Positions 50,778 through 59,764 of a DNA stretch of 64,000 nucleotides are shown piece after piece. The first letter of the stretch is position 1. Every line of letters starts with the position of its first letter. The notes under the pieces are model-generated. The model was not told the DNA's origin, searched no databases, and saw nothing but the letters and a program-made list of their open reading frames with translations. The translations under genes were made by a program, and so were the position numbers. The stretch is from an uncultured Bdellovibrionales bacterium (lineage in GTDB: Bacteria > Patescibacteriota > Minisyncoccia > Moranbacterales > UBA2206), in NCBI GenBank assembly GCA_964406815.1, contig CAYOTC010000002.1, positions 7,906 through 71,905 on the forward strand. The letters are read 5' to 3'.

Positions 50778-50829
50778 ATTTCGTGTACTTTAAAAACTTT
50801 ATGAACATTATTAACTTTTAACTTAATTT

Positions 50830-50901
50830 GGGACCATAGCTCAGCGGTAGAGCAGGCGACTCATAATCGCTTGGTCGCTGGTCCGAATCCAGCTGGTCCC
50901 A
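50830..50901 (+). tRNA. tRNA-Ile2(CAT, lysidine-modified)
   Basis: GGCGA-CT-CAT-AA-TCGCT-TGGTCGCTGG closely matches the known ileX-type tRNA; tilS lies nearby. Confidence 0.85.
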
Positions 50902-50916
50902 CACTCAAAAAATCTT

Positions 50917-50969
50917 GGCGACTTTTCGCAATCGCTTGGTCGCCCCGCCCGTGGCGGGGCTGGTCCCAC
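50917..50969 (+). pseudogene. Partial duplicate of tRNA-Ile2 3' half, T-arm replaced by a palindrome
   Basis: ggcgact..aatcgcttggtcgc[cccgcccgtggcggg]gctggtcccac. Confidence 0.7.
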
Positions 50970-51076
50970 GAATAAAAAGCAAAAAACTCCTGAAAGGAGT
51001 TTTTTGCTTTACTATACTATTATTAAGTTAAAAAATAACGGCATTCAGACTAGATTAGTCTGAATGCCAAAGAAAG

Positions 51077-51205
51077 TTAACGTAATTCATTGAAATCCTT
51101 ATTCTGACTGTTATCAATTTTTTTTCCGAAAGATGAATGTTTTAAAGAAGAGCTTAAAAAACATAAAAATACACCAATAAGTATTAATAAAATTCTTACA
51201 TCCAT
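51077..51205 (-). CDS. Putative 42-aa single-TM small protein (below ORF-track cutoff)
   Basis: MDVRILLILIGVFLCFLSSSLK...; aaaggggg SD; hairpin downstream at ~51040-51068. Confidence 0.4.
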   Translation of the reverse strand: MDVRILLILIGVFLCFLSSSLKHSSFGKKIDNSQNKDFNELR

Positions 51206-51420
51206 TTTTTACCCCCTTTAAATTTAATTTGGAAAAAACTAAATCCCTGAATACATATATTCTAGCATAGATTTTTGTCAGATTGCATCATTGCAAAATA
51301 ATAAGAGTATGCCAAAGTGTTTTAATGTTATATTATTAACAAATTCAGTACTATTAAAAACTTAATAATCAATATAAGATATAAAATTAAAAAACCTTTA
51401 AATTATGGGAGGATGGGAAG

Positions 51421-52077
51421 ATGGATTTAGAGATGAAAATAAGGATCGCTATTGTTGTGATAGCTGTTGTGTCCATTGGGGCCTTATATTTTTTGCGAGA
51501 CAGCAATTATGCCTTTTGCAAGAAATATAGAGAAAAAAGATTTTTAATGATTTCAATAAAAATCATATGCACAGTAGCTGTATTGGGCGCAGCGTCAATA
51601 TTGCTCAGGGAAATATATTTAAAAAGAGATAGGATTGAGAATTTAATAGCTTCAAGTGAAAAAACTGAATCTACCGACAGCACTGCAGAAAAACCGGATT
51701 CTATTGAAAAAGGAAAAGAGATTAAAAATCCGATAGCTTCGAGTGAAAAAATCAAACTAGATGACAGCACTAGAAAAATATTTGAGTCTATCTTGGAAGA
51801 TAATATTAGGCTGAAAAAAAACTTGCAGTTAGCTTTTTCTGAGAATATTGGTGATTTAAAGGCTGTAATATTGGAAAACGGCAAAATCATTAAAAGTTTT
51901 GAAAATGATTTTATAATTCTGGAAAAGGAAGAGAAAAAAGTGAAGGATACTTTTGTTTTAGGTAAAATTGCTCATTTGAAAAAAAATATAAAAGAAACGC
52001 TGCCGGCTCTTTATGCGCTGGACACTACCTTGAATAGAAAAGTGGAATTATTATCAAAGGAAAAAACAGCGAAATAG
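51421..52077 (+). CDS. Two-TM hypothetical protein (paralog of 52261)
   Basis: SD ggagg; LYFLRDSNYAFCKKYR. Confidence 0.65.
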   Translation: MDLEMKIRIAIVVIAVVSIGALYFLRDSNYAFCKKYREKRFLMISIKIICTVAVLGAASILLREIYLKRDRIENLIASSEKTESTDSTAEKPDSIEKGKEIKNPIASSEKIKLDDSTRKIFESILEDNIRLKKNLQLAFSENIGDLKAVILENGKIIKSFENDFIILEKEEKKVKDTFVLGKIAHLKKNIKETLPALYALDTTLNRKVELLSKEKTAK

Positions 52078-52260
52078 GATTATTTCCTAAAAAGAGAAAA
52101 ATTAAAAAGCCAATGCGAAAAATCGCGGAGGCTTTTTATTTTTTCCTTATTTATCTGGAAAAATTGACAAAATAGCTTGGGCGCTTTAGACTGTTTTAAT
52201 GTTATATTATTAACAAAATTTAGTACTATTAAAAACTTAATATTTTTCGGGGAGGGTGAA

Positions 52261-52734
52261 ATGGAATATTGGGCAAAATCAATTATTATGGGTGCGATGG
52301 CTATTACATTTGCATTGCTATATGTTTTTTTACGATATGCAGATTTTTCTTTTTGCAAAAAATTGAGAAAAAGTAATTTCTTGATGAATGTGATAATAAT
52401 TCTTTCAGTCGCATCTTTTCTGGGTATTGCAATATTTCAACTTAAGGATCCGTCGCTGGATAAAACAGAAAGTTTTCCTATGAGGAAAATCGCAGTTATC
52501 AAGATGTTGGAAGACGAGATTGCGGTAAATAAAAATAGTTACGATTGGTTTGTTAGTCAGAAAAATGCACCTTATGTTGGTGTCGAGCTGAAAAATATAA
52601 AGGCGGCAAAGACTTATAGGGAGGATATGGAAAGCGGAATGAATAGTTGTATCAAGCTGGAAAAATCATATAAAAAAATTCTGGAATCATTGGAAAAATC
52701 CAAAGAAAAGTCTGTTTCCATATTGATAGAATAA
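52261..52734 (+). CDS. Two-TM hypothetical protein (paralog of 51421)
   Basis: SD ggagg before MEYW; YVFLRYADFSFCKKLR. Confidence 0.65.
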   Translation: MEYWAKSIIMGAMAITFALLYVFLRYADFSFCKKLRKSNFLMNVIIILSVASFLGIAIFQLKDPSLDKTESFPMRKIAVIKMLEDEIAVNKNSYDWFVSQKNAPYVGVELKNIKAAKTYREDMESGMNSCIKLEKSYKKILESLEKSKEKSVSILIE

Positions 52735-52916
52735 TAATATCTTCCGATGAAAAATTAAGAAGCCAATGTGAAAAAAAATCGCATTGGCTTCTGTTATTTT
52801 AGTAATAAGATTGACAGGGATTAAAAATAAGTGTATGATTGTAAGACAAATAAATGCGCAGCTCAAAGGGCGTATTTTTTGTTGGTCGATTAACAAACCC
52901 ATAATTTTGAAAAACT

Positions 52917-53231
52917 ATGATGATCCTATTTTTCGTAGGAGTCATAGAAATGATGATTGTCACGCTTTGGACAAGAGTTGTCACCAAAAGCCAAGTTCTT
53001 ATGAGCGGCACGGTGACTATGGTCAACATCCTTATCTGGTATTATGTTTTGGATAAGATTGTAAATGACATTTCCAATTGGAAATTGGTCCTGCTCTATG
53101 CTCTGGGATGTTCCATCGGAACTTCGCTGAGCACCTATATCTATAAGATTCTGGAAGACAGGGAAGCGGCCAAAAAGGAAGAAGAAGCGGAAGTGGCTCT
53201 TGATGGAGAGCCGGCTCAAATAGAGGCCTAA
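52917..53231 (+). CDS. Small membrane protein (DUF5698/UPF0316-like)
   Basis: Three TMs, IWYYVL, LYALGCSIGT. Confidence 0.55.
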   Translation: MMILFFVGVIEMMIVTLWTRVVTKSQVLMSGTVTMVNILIWYYVLDKIVNDISNWKLVLLYALGCSIGTSLSTYIYKILEDREAAKKEEEAEVALDGEPAQIEA

Positions 53232-53424
53232 TCATCATTCGTTTCTATTTTTTACCTAAAAAATGGAAGAAGACTCTCAACCGTAAAAACCGTCTATCGC
53301 GAGCGACAAGGCGGTTTTTACTTTTTTGACTTTTTTTAGGAAATCCCGTAAAATCAAATATCATTAAAATTGTTAGTAACTTAAAAATATATATAAATTC
53401 TTTGAAAGGAGGCAAAGGGGAAAG

Positions 53425-54505
53425 ATGAAAAAAGAAAAGAAATTGGAAATTTTTGTATTCGGATGGATTTTTATTGTTATTCTTATTCTTTTAGGTGGAA
53501 TATATAAAGAAACGATAGGATCTGATCAAGTAAAATCTGACGAAGTGGCCTATCAGCAACAAATTGAAGAAGCTCTTAAAAATCGACAAAATAAATATAT
53601 TGACCAACTATATGAAGGAGTAGATTTTAAGACGAAGGCTAATGAATTTGTTATGAACTTTCCTGATTCAATTGATAGAGTGAAAGTTGTAAAATTCATT
53701 GAAAAGAACGCGAATGATGTGATAATCCATATAAGGCAGATACATTTTTCTCCGAACGATTATGATTTTGAAGAAGTTAATCAAACAAATCAGGTCCAAG
53801 ATAATATATATGAAATTGTGATGTGGCTTCATAAGAATTATGGTTTGAAGTATATTTTCGGAGAGGGACGTTATGGGGATGTGCAGGATAAATTTGAAAA
53901 GGAAAAAAATGATAATCAAATGATAGATGAATTTTATAGCAGCAGTGATATTGATTTGAAAAATAATCTTAAGGAAAATTGGTTTGAGATGGTCAATTCA
54001 AAGGAGGAATTAAGAATCCTTTCAAAAGAACTTGAATTTGAAAAAGACCCTCTTCAAAGAGCAGATATTCTGGTTGATATTGAAAGAACTAAGATTGATG
54101 CTGAAAAATCTGAAAGTCTTTTCATTTTAAACAGAAACATATTATTTTTGAGGTATGAAATTACCGAGAGATTATTGAATGAAAAAATTGTTTCTGTGAA
54201 ACCGGCAGAAATAGAGTTTTTCTATAATCGGGCTAGTGCGGTCGATGAAAAAATTAGGTCCTTCTTATGGAAAGGGAAATGATTTTCTGGATTCGGTTCA
54301 TGATAAAGCTGTTATGGAAGATAGGGAAAATGCAGCTATACAACTTATGGCTGATGATGATGGCTTTGTTCCGAAAGTAATAGTTTTCGGAGGAGCACAC
54401 AATTTTCATGATAATATTATTGATTGGAATGATAAAAACAAAAAGAAATTTTCTTTAATTGTCATTACTCCAATAAAATACGAAGAAGCGAATAAAAAAA
54501 AATAA
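53425..54505 (+). pseudogene. Membrane-anchored hypothetical protein split by an apparent frameshift
   Basis: ORF 53425-54282 ends abruptly. Overlapping ORF 54236-54505 in the +1 frame continues with DRENAA..IVFGGAH. Confidence 0.55.
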
Positions 54506-54664
54506 ACTAAAAGACCAAAAACGGCAAAGCTGTTTTTGGTCTTTTATTATTTTTCCCAAATTGACACAAAAGGCTTTTTACGCTAGAGTGGTTGGAAGTT
54601 CTTAAGGCTATCAGTCAAAATTTTGACTGTAAATATTTCACAAATTTATATTAGAGGAGGCAAG

Positions 54665-55027
54665 ATGCCAAAAAAATTATTAGTACGAGTTGTTTCAGGA
54701 AGTATTTTGCTTGGGATTAGTATACTTTTTTTGTTATTTTTTGCGGGAGGAATATATGGATCAATAGGTGCGATTATTTTACTTGTTGGTGGTAGACTGT
54801 CAATTCTTAATGCAAAAAAAGTTGGAGAATATGATTTAAAGAATGAATTGGTAAAGTACATAAAAATTCCTGAGGTTGAAGGTGATCTGGTTGTGGGATT
54901 TTCCGCCGATGCATTTTTTAGGGACGGGAAAATTGTATCAATAAAACCGATTGATACAAAAAATTATGTTTTCAGAAATCCGAATGAAAAAGATTATTCT
55001 GATCATGATGATGAGATGACTAGCTGA
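54665..55027 (+). CDS. Two-TM hypothetical protein
   Basis: SD gaggagg before MPKK. Confidence 0.6.
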   Translation: MPKKLLVRVVSGSILLGISILFLLFFAGGIYGSIGAIILLVGGRLSILNAKKVGEYDLKNELVKYIKIPEVEGDLVVGFSADAFFRDGKIVSIKPIDTKNYVFRNPNEKDYSDHDDEMTS

Positions 55028-55082
55028 AAAGAGCCAATCGATAGTCGCGACTGTCGATTGGCTCTTATATTTTTTAAATTCT

Positions 55083-55490
55083 TCAAAGAAGTTCCCCAAG
55101 TTTTTTCAGGAACTTCCTTTTTGTTATGAAGATATAGGCCGCCAAAGAAACAATAGCGATTATCCATAATGTGCTTATAGTAATTCTTGGTATGTTTATT
55201 TCAGCTTCTGCCAATAATTCACTTACATAACATGAAACGAAAAGTGTGAATAATAATATCTCATAAATGAAGATCGTTTTGCTAGTTGATCTTTTCAAAT
55301 TCCAGTTGATTATTCTTATTAAAACTCCGATGTAGGTAACTGTTGCTAAAAATCCAAAAATTGTCCATTCGAAATAATTAGTTTTCTCATTCATCATTGT
55401 TGCTGCCACTATAAACATTGGTAATAAGTAACGAATATTTTTCTCCGCTGAATCCAATAGTTTAAGAAATAATTGCTTCATTACTTCCAT
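55083..55490 (-). CDS. Four-TM hypothetical protein
   Basis: SD aggagg; hydrophobic helices. Confidence 0.6.
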   Translation of the reverse strand: MEVMKQLFLKLLDSAEKNIRYLLPMFIVAATMMNEKTNYFEWTIFGFLATVTYIGVLIRIINWNLKRSTSKTIFIYEILLFTLFVSCYVSELLAEAEINIPRITISTLWIIAIVSLAAYIFITKRKFLKKLGELL

Positions 55491-55542
55491 ATCTTCCTCC
55501 TCTATAATTATTTTGTTTTTAAAATGCTATTAATTATCTATT

Positions 55543-56487
55543 TTAATTTTTTCTTCTTTTACTATGAAAAGCTTTGTGGACTTCTTTGAGTTGTTTGTTG
55601 GTGACATGGGTATATATCTGAGTAGTGGTGATTGATGAATGGCCAAGCATGGCCTGGACGCTTCTGATATCGGCGCCGTTCATCAATAAATCAGTCGCGA
55701 AAGAATGACGAAGCGTATGCGGATGGACATTTTTCACGATACCGGCCTTGGTCGCGTAATATTTGACGATTCTTTGAATTGAACGGGGAGTGAGGCGCAA
55801 ATCACTTCTCTTGTTTTTTGTCTGGCTATTTTTTGATTCGAACTTTTCCAAAGCTTTCTGATTTCTCACAAAAAGTGCTGGGTCAACATCAGTTCTTTTG
55901 GATAAATAACCTTCCAAAGCTTTTTTGGCGTCATCGGAAATAAAAACCACCCGGACTTTTCCGCCTTTCCCGCGGATGCTAAGTTCGAGATGATTAAGGT
56001 CGATGCGATCTCTATTGATGCTAGTCAGTTCCGAAACACGAAGTCCGGCTGAGAATAGAAGTTCCAAAATAGCCCGATCCCGAAGTGATTTCAAATCTGA
56101 TCCGGAGGCAGCTTCGAAAATTCGCTCCACCTCGTCATTTTCCAAAAATTCCACTTCCCGTTCCGGAGTTTTTCCGATTTCCACCCTTTCAGCCGGCAGA
56201 GCTTCAATATCTTTTTTGGCTAGGAATTTCAAAAAACTCCGAATAGCAATGACATAATATCCCTGGGTAGCCTTTTTGAGGTTTTTGCCGTTCTTGTCTT
56301 CATAACGGTTAAGAAATATGCGGAAGTTCTTAACGAGATTATCTTTAATTTCATGAGCAGTCTTGATTTTCGCCCAATTCAAAAAGACTTCCAGATAATG
56401 GTCATAGTTCTCGATAGTCTTTTGCGACCGACCTTTCTCAATTTCCATGTACTCGAGGAATTCGGTTTTGAGTTCTCTGATGTTCAT
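55543..56487 (-). CDS. XerC/XerD-family tyrosine recombinase
   Basis: GLRVSEL, GKGGKVR, HPHTLRHSFAT, LGHSSITTTQIYT. Confidence 0.92.
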   Translation of the reverse strand: MNIRELKTEFLEYMEIEKGRSQKTIENYDHYLEVFLNWAKIKTAHEIKDNLVKNFRIFLNRYEDKNGKNLKKATQGYYVIAIRSFLKFLAKKDIEALPAERVEIGKTPEREVEFLENDEVERIFEAASGSDLKSLRDRAILELLFSAGLRVSELTSINRDRIDLNHLELSIRGKGGKVRVVFISDDAKKALEGYLSKRTDVDPALFVRNQKALEKFESKNSQTKNKRSDLRLTPRSIQRIVKYYATKAGIVKNVHPHTLRHSFATDLLMNGADIRSVQAMLGHSSITTTQIYTHVTNKQLKEVHKAFHSKRRKN

Positions 56488-56522
56488 GTATTTATTTTAC
56501 AACAAAATAGCTAAATATATTA

Positions 56523-56682
56523 GCCCCCTTTCTTTGGTAGCAAAGAAAGGGGGCGGAAAAGTTGCTGTCCGCACGGAATTATAGAACATAATTTATTGTC
56601 ATTCTGGCCTCCGAGCCGGAATCTAGAAAATATAGATCCTAAAACAAGTTCAGGATGACAGAATATACTTCGCAAAGTTCGG
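56523..56682 (+). repeat. Structured intergenic repeat, copy 2, containing a nested GTCAT...ATGAC palindromic element (56597-56660)
   Basis: gccccctttctttg-gtag-caaagaaagggggc, ctgtccgcac, cttcgcaaagttcgg. Confidence 0.7.
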
Positions 56683-56744
56683 TATTAAATACAAAATATA
56701 AAATAAAAAATTAGGCTTCATTAAGCCTTTTTTAAGATTATTGA

Positions 56745-56773
56745 TTGACGAAGAGGGTATTTTTGACTATACT
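56745..56773 (+). promoter_or_regulatory. Sigma70-type promoter TTGACG-17-TATACT for the LysM/CHAP gene
   Basis: Direct reading. Confidence 0.6.
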
Positions 56774-57043
56774 GTATGCAAGTTAAATTTTTAAGGCTTT
56801 CGACTGGAATGCCGACATATCCTAGAGAAAATCTAGGATTTTTATAGGCAAAATCCGGTTAAAGCCACAAGAAAGGCTTATTATATTAGTAAATTAATCT
56901 ATTCTCTGACACAGACCCTTATAGGACGCGCCAATCTGAAAAAACTGATCTTCCGTATATATGAAAAACAAAGAAATATAGTAGGGTTTATCAAGGAGCA
57001 TAGGACTATAAAAGTACTCCACGTTTTTCGCAACTATTCTTCA

Positions 57044-58066
57044 ATGATAGTTGTTATAGTCAGTGCCATCTTAGTTTCAGCTACCAATCTGGTCGCGGGA
57101 CACGATTCCAGTGGTTTTTTATTTGGCTATTTTGGAGCTGGGGATAATTATGAAAACCCGCTTGAGAATAAGATGTTTCTTAAATCCGGCTTTAAAACAA
57201 ATCTGGCGATGGCACCTCTTATTGAACCAAAATCTTCTTCTGACTCTCAAGACAGGGATAATTTTTCGGAAGACGGAGAAGTTTTTGTGCAAGGACAAGC
57301 TTTGATTTCCGGAAACAGTCCAGTTCTTCGGGATCCGGAAGAAGATGGAGGAGTTATTATTTATGAAGTCAAGGATGGAGACACGGTTAGTTCTATCGCT
57401 TCTAGTCACAGAATCAGTATGAACACAATTCTTTGGGCCAATGAAATAGAGAATGTTGATATGATTAAGCCTGGAGATGAAATATTTATCCTGCCAATTA
57501 CCGGACTTTCATATATAGTGAAAAACGGAGATAATATAGACAGTATTTGCAAACAATTCAAAGCTGACAAAGAAAAAGTCATTGCTTTCAACTATCTTCC
57601 GGCTAACGGAAAAGTCAAAGAGGGGCAGGAAATTATGATTCCGGAAGGACAAAAAGAAGTTCCAAGAAGAGTAATTAGTGGAACATCAAACATTGCTCTT
57701 CGTCAATATGAATCTTTCAGCAGTTCTTCGGGAAAGAGTACTCTGAGTGGAAAAGCCGGTGCCGGGCACCGTTTCCCTTATGGTTATTGTACTTGGTATG
57801 TGGCTTCAAGAAGATATATCCCGTGGTCGGGAAACGCCGGAACTTGGTTATATCGGGCGAAGTCGATGGGTTATGCCACCAGTAAAACTCCGACGGTCGG
57901 ATCGATTATGGTTTCATCGGAGTCGTGGTGGGGGCATGTTGCGATTGTTGAGAAAATCAGCGGAGATATGATAACTATTTCGGAAATGAATTATAAAGGT
58001 TGGGCGAAAAAATCCAGCCGGACTTTGAGTTCTAAGAGTCGGGTGATTAAGGGGTTTATTAGATAA
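57044..58066 (+). CDS. LysM-LysM-CHAP peptidoglycan hydrolase
   Basis: YEVKDGDTVSSIA, YIVKNGDNID; CHAP FPYGYCTWYV..GNAGTW..GHVAIVE..SEMN. Confidence 0.92.
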   Translation: MIVVIVSAILVSATNLVAGHDSSGFLFGYFGAGDNYENPLENKMFLKSGFKTNLAMAPLIEPKSSSDSQDRDNFSEDGEVFVQGQALISGNSPVLRDPEEDGGVIIYEVKDGDTVSSIASSHRISMNTILWANEIENVDMIKPGDEIFILPITGLSYIVKNGDNIDSICKQFKADKEKVIAFNYLPANGKVKEGQEIMIPEGQKEVPRRVISGTSNIALRQYESFSSSSGKSTLSGKAGAGHRFPYGYCTWYVASRRYIPWSGNAGTWLYRAKSMGYATSKTPTVGSIMVSSESWWGHVAIVEKISGDMITISEMNYKGWAKKSSRTLSSKSRVIKGFIR

Positions 58067-58141
58067 ATATTTAGAAAACTTGAATATAAAAAATAGGCAC
58101 GTCTCGCAACGCGAGAGACGGCCTTTTTTGTTTTTCTTTAC

Positions 58142-58352
58142 TAACTTTTCTTGTCAGCAAGAAAAGTTACAAAAGAACTGTCCGCACGAATTCGCTCAGT
58201 ATAAATTTTCGCTCATTCGTTCAAAATCCAGGTTGTTCCTTCGGCAACAAGACCGGATTTTTTCACTCATTCGCTCAATTTATAAACCTCGCGAATTAAG
58301 TGCGGAATTATAGAATGCAAATTCTGGTTCTAGAAATACGCTTCGCAAAGTT
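58142..58352 (+). repeat. Structured intergenic repeat, copy 3
   Basis: taacttttcttg-tcag-caagaaaagtta, aactgtccgcac...gtgcgg, cgcttcgcaaagtt. Confidence 0.7.
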
Positions 58353-58381
58353 AGAGATAATATACAAAAAATAATATGTCT

Positions 58382-59542
58382 CTAATTGCTATCCAATGAG
58401 TCAGGAATAAATCCATTTTCTCTTAGAGTATGTATCATTCCGCGAAGAAGATAATTATTTGCGAAACCAATAGTATAAATTCTACCATTTTCTTTAAGTG
58501 GTATGAGCATTGATTTATCCTTCAGTCTTTTTAATATTCTAGAGCGTTGTTGCGGAGATTCTTCTCCAAGAATTTTTTCAAGATCTACTGATTTTATAGT
58601 CATTTCTTGATTTTTAATAATAGCAGAAAGAATCTGGTATTCGCGTTTTGTTATATGTTCTCGCTCTAGAGAATATGAGAGCATTGGCAATAAAATTACA
58701 TTGATTATATAACGCAAATCAAGAAGGTTATCTATTTTTTCTATTTCAGTTCGTAATCCTTCAAGAACATACAAGCACCATTTTAAAACATTGTCCTCTT
58801 GTTCTGAATCAGCTAAGGAAAGCATTTTATAATATTTATTGCGATCCATGCAAAATATTGCTGTTGGATTTAATATTCTTCCACTCTTTACTTGAAAGCT
58901 TTGTTTTATAAGAAGTGCATATGTAAACATTCTTACAAGTCTGCCATTTCCATTATCAAAGGGATGTATCCATGCCATTTTATGGTGAGATAGGGCAATT
59001 GCTAGCAAGTGATATTGTGTATCAAGTGGTTGATTAACAAATTCCATAAGTTCATCAAATAATTCTGGAACCTTAATCGATTCTGGAGGAATATGATTTG
59101 ATTTTTTTATAGATACGTTTATTGGTCGTAATATTCCGGGATATCGAGAGCCCTCTCCTGTAGGTGGGGGCGTTAGGTTATTAACAAGTATTTTATGTAT
59201 TTCTGAAATAAGAGCTCTGTCAAACTTGGTTTTTTTATTTACATTTCTATCAATAAAATCGATTGCTTTATCTATATTTTCAATCTCTTTAAATTTTTCA
59301 TCCACAACAATTTTCTTTGATCTATTTTCAATAACCTTTTCAATATATTCAGCTAATGTTGTGTTATTGCCCTCTATTCTTGCAGATCCTAGACTTTCTA
59401 GCATTTGAAATATATCTTTTATTTGAAAAAAGACATGAGGAGAAACTGGTCCGCCTAATTTTTTAACTCGAAGTTTTTCTAGCTCAAAAATTACACTAGT
59501 AAGCTTGCTGCCATATTTAGGGTCATAAATTTTTATGGACAT
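58382..59542 (-). CDS. Fic family AMPylase (class II, with inhibitory motif)
   Basis: HPFDNGNGRLVR plus SARIEGN (S/T)xxxE(G/N) motif. Confidence 0.9.
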   Translation of the reverse strand: MSIKIYDPKYGSKLTSVIFELEKLRVKKLGGPVSPHVFFQIKDIFQMLESLGSARIEGNNTTLAEYIEKVIENRSKKIVVDEKFKEIENIDKAIDFIDRNVNKKTKFDRALISEIHKILVNNLTPPPTGEGSRYPGILRPINVSIKKSNHIPPESIKVPELFDELMEFVNQPLDTQYHLLAIALSHHKMAWIHPFDNGNGRLVRMFTYALLIKQSFQVKSGRILNPTAIFCMDRNKYYKMLSLADSEQEDNVLKWCLYVLEGLRTEIEKIDNLLDLRYIINVILLPMLSYSLEREHITKREYQILSAIIKNQEMTIKSVDLEKILGEESPQQRSRILKRLKDKSMLIPLKENGRIYTIGFANNYLLRGMIHTLRENGFIPDSLDSN

Positions 59543-59764
59543 ATAGGTTATTTAACATTTATAATAATTATTATTTAACATTATATGCCAAATTATAGCT
59601 AAGTCAAGGTGTTTTATTAAAGTGAAAATATTATGTTATTTATCAATGGGTAAGTTAATATTTATCATCATTCATTTTACTTATTTAACAAAAGTAGGTT
59701 TTGATGTAAGAAAAAATAGGTCTAACAAACCTATTTTTATTAGAAGTTATATATAAATTCAAAT

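Noticed and set aside
55543-56487. Tyrosine recombinase as an integron or prophage integrase
   Set aside because: It looks like housekeeping Xer. I saw no IntI-specific insertion, no convincing attC array and no phage genes.
59612-59640. dif-like ttatgtta half-site
   Set aside because: Only a partial match in AT-rich DNA with no XerC arm, and the parS cluster argues against a terminus location.
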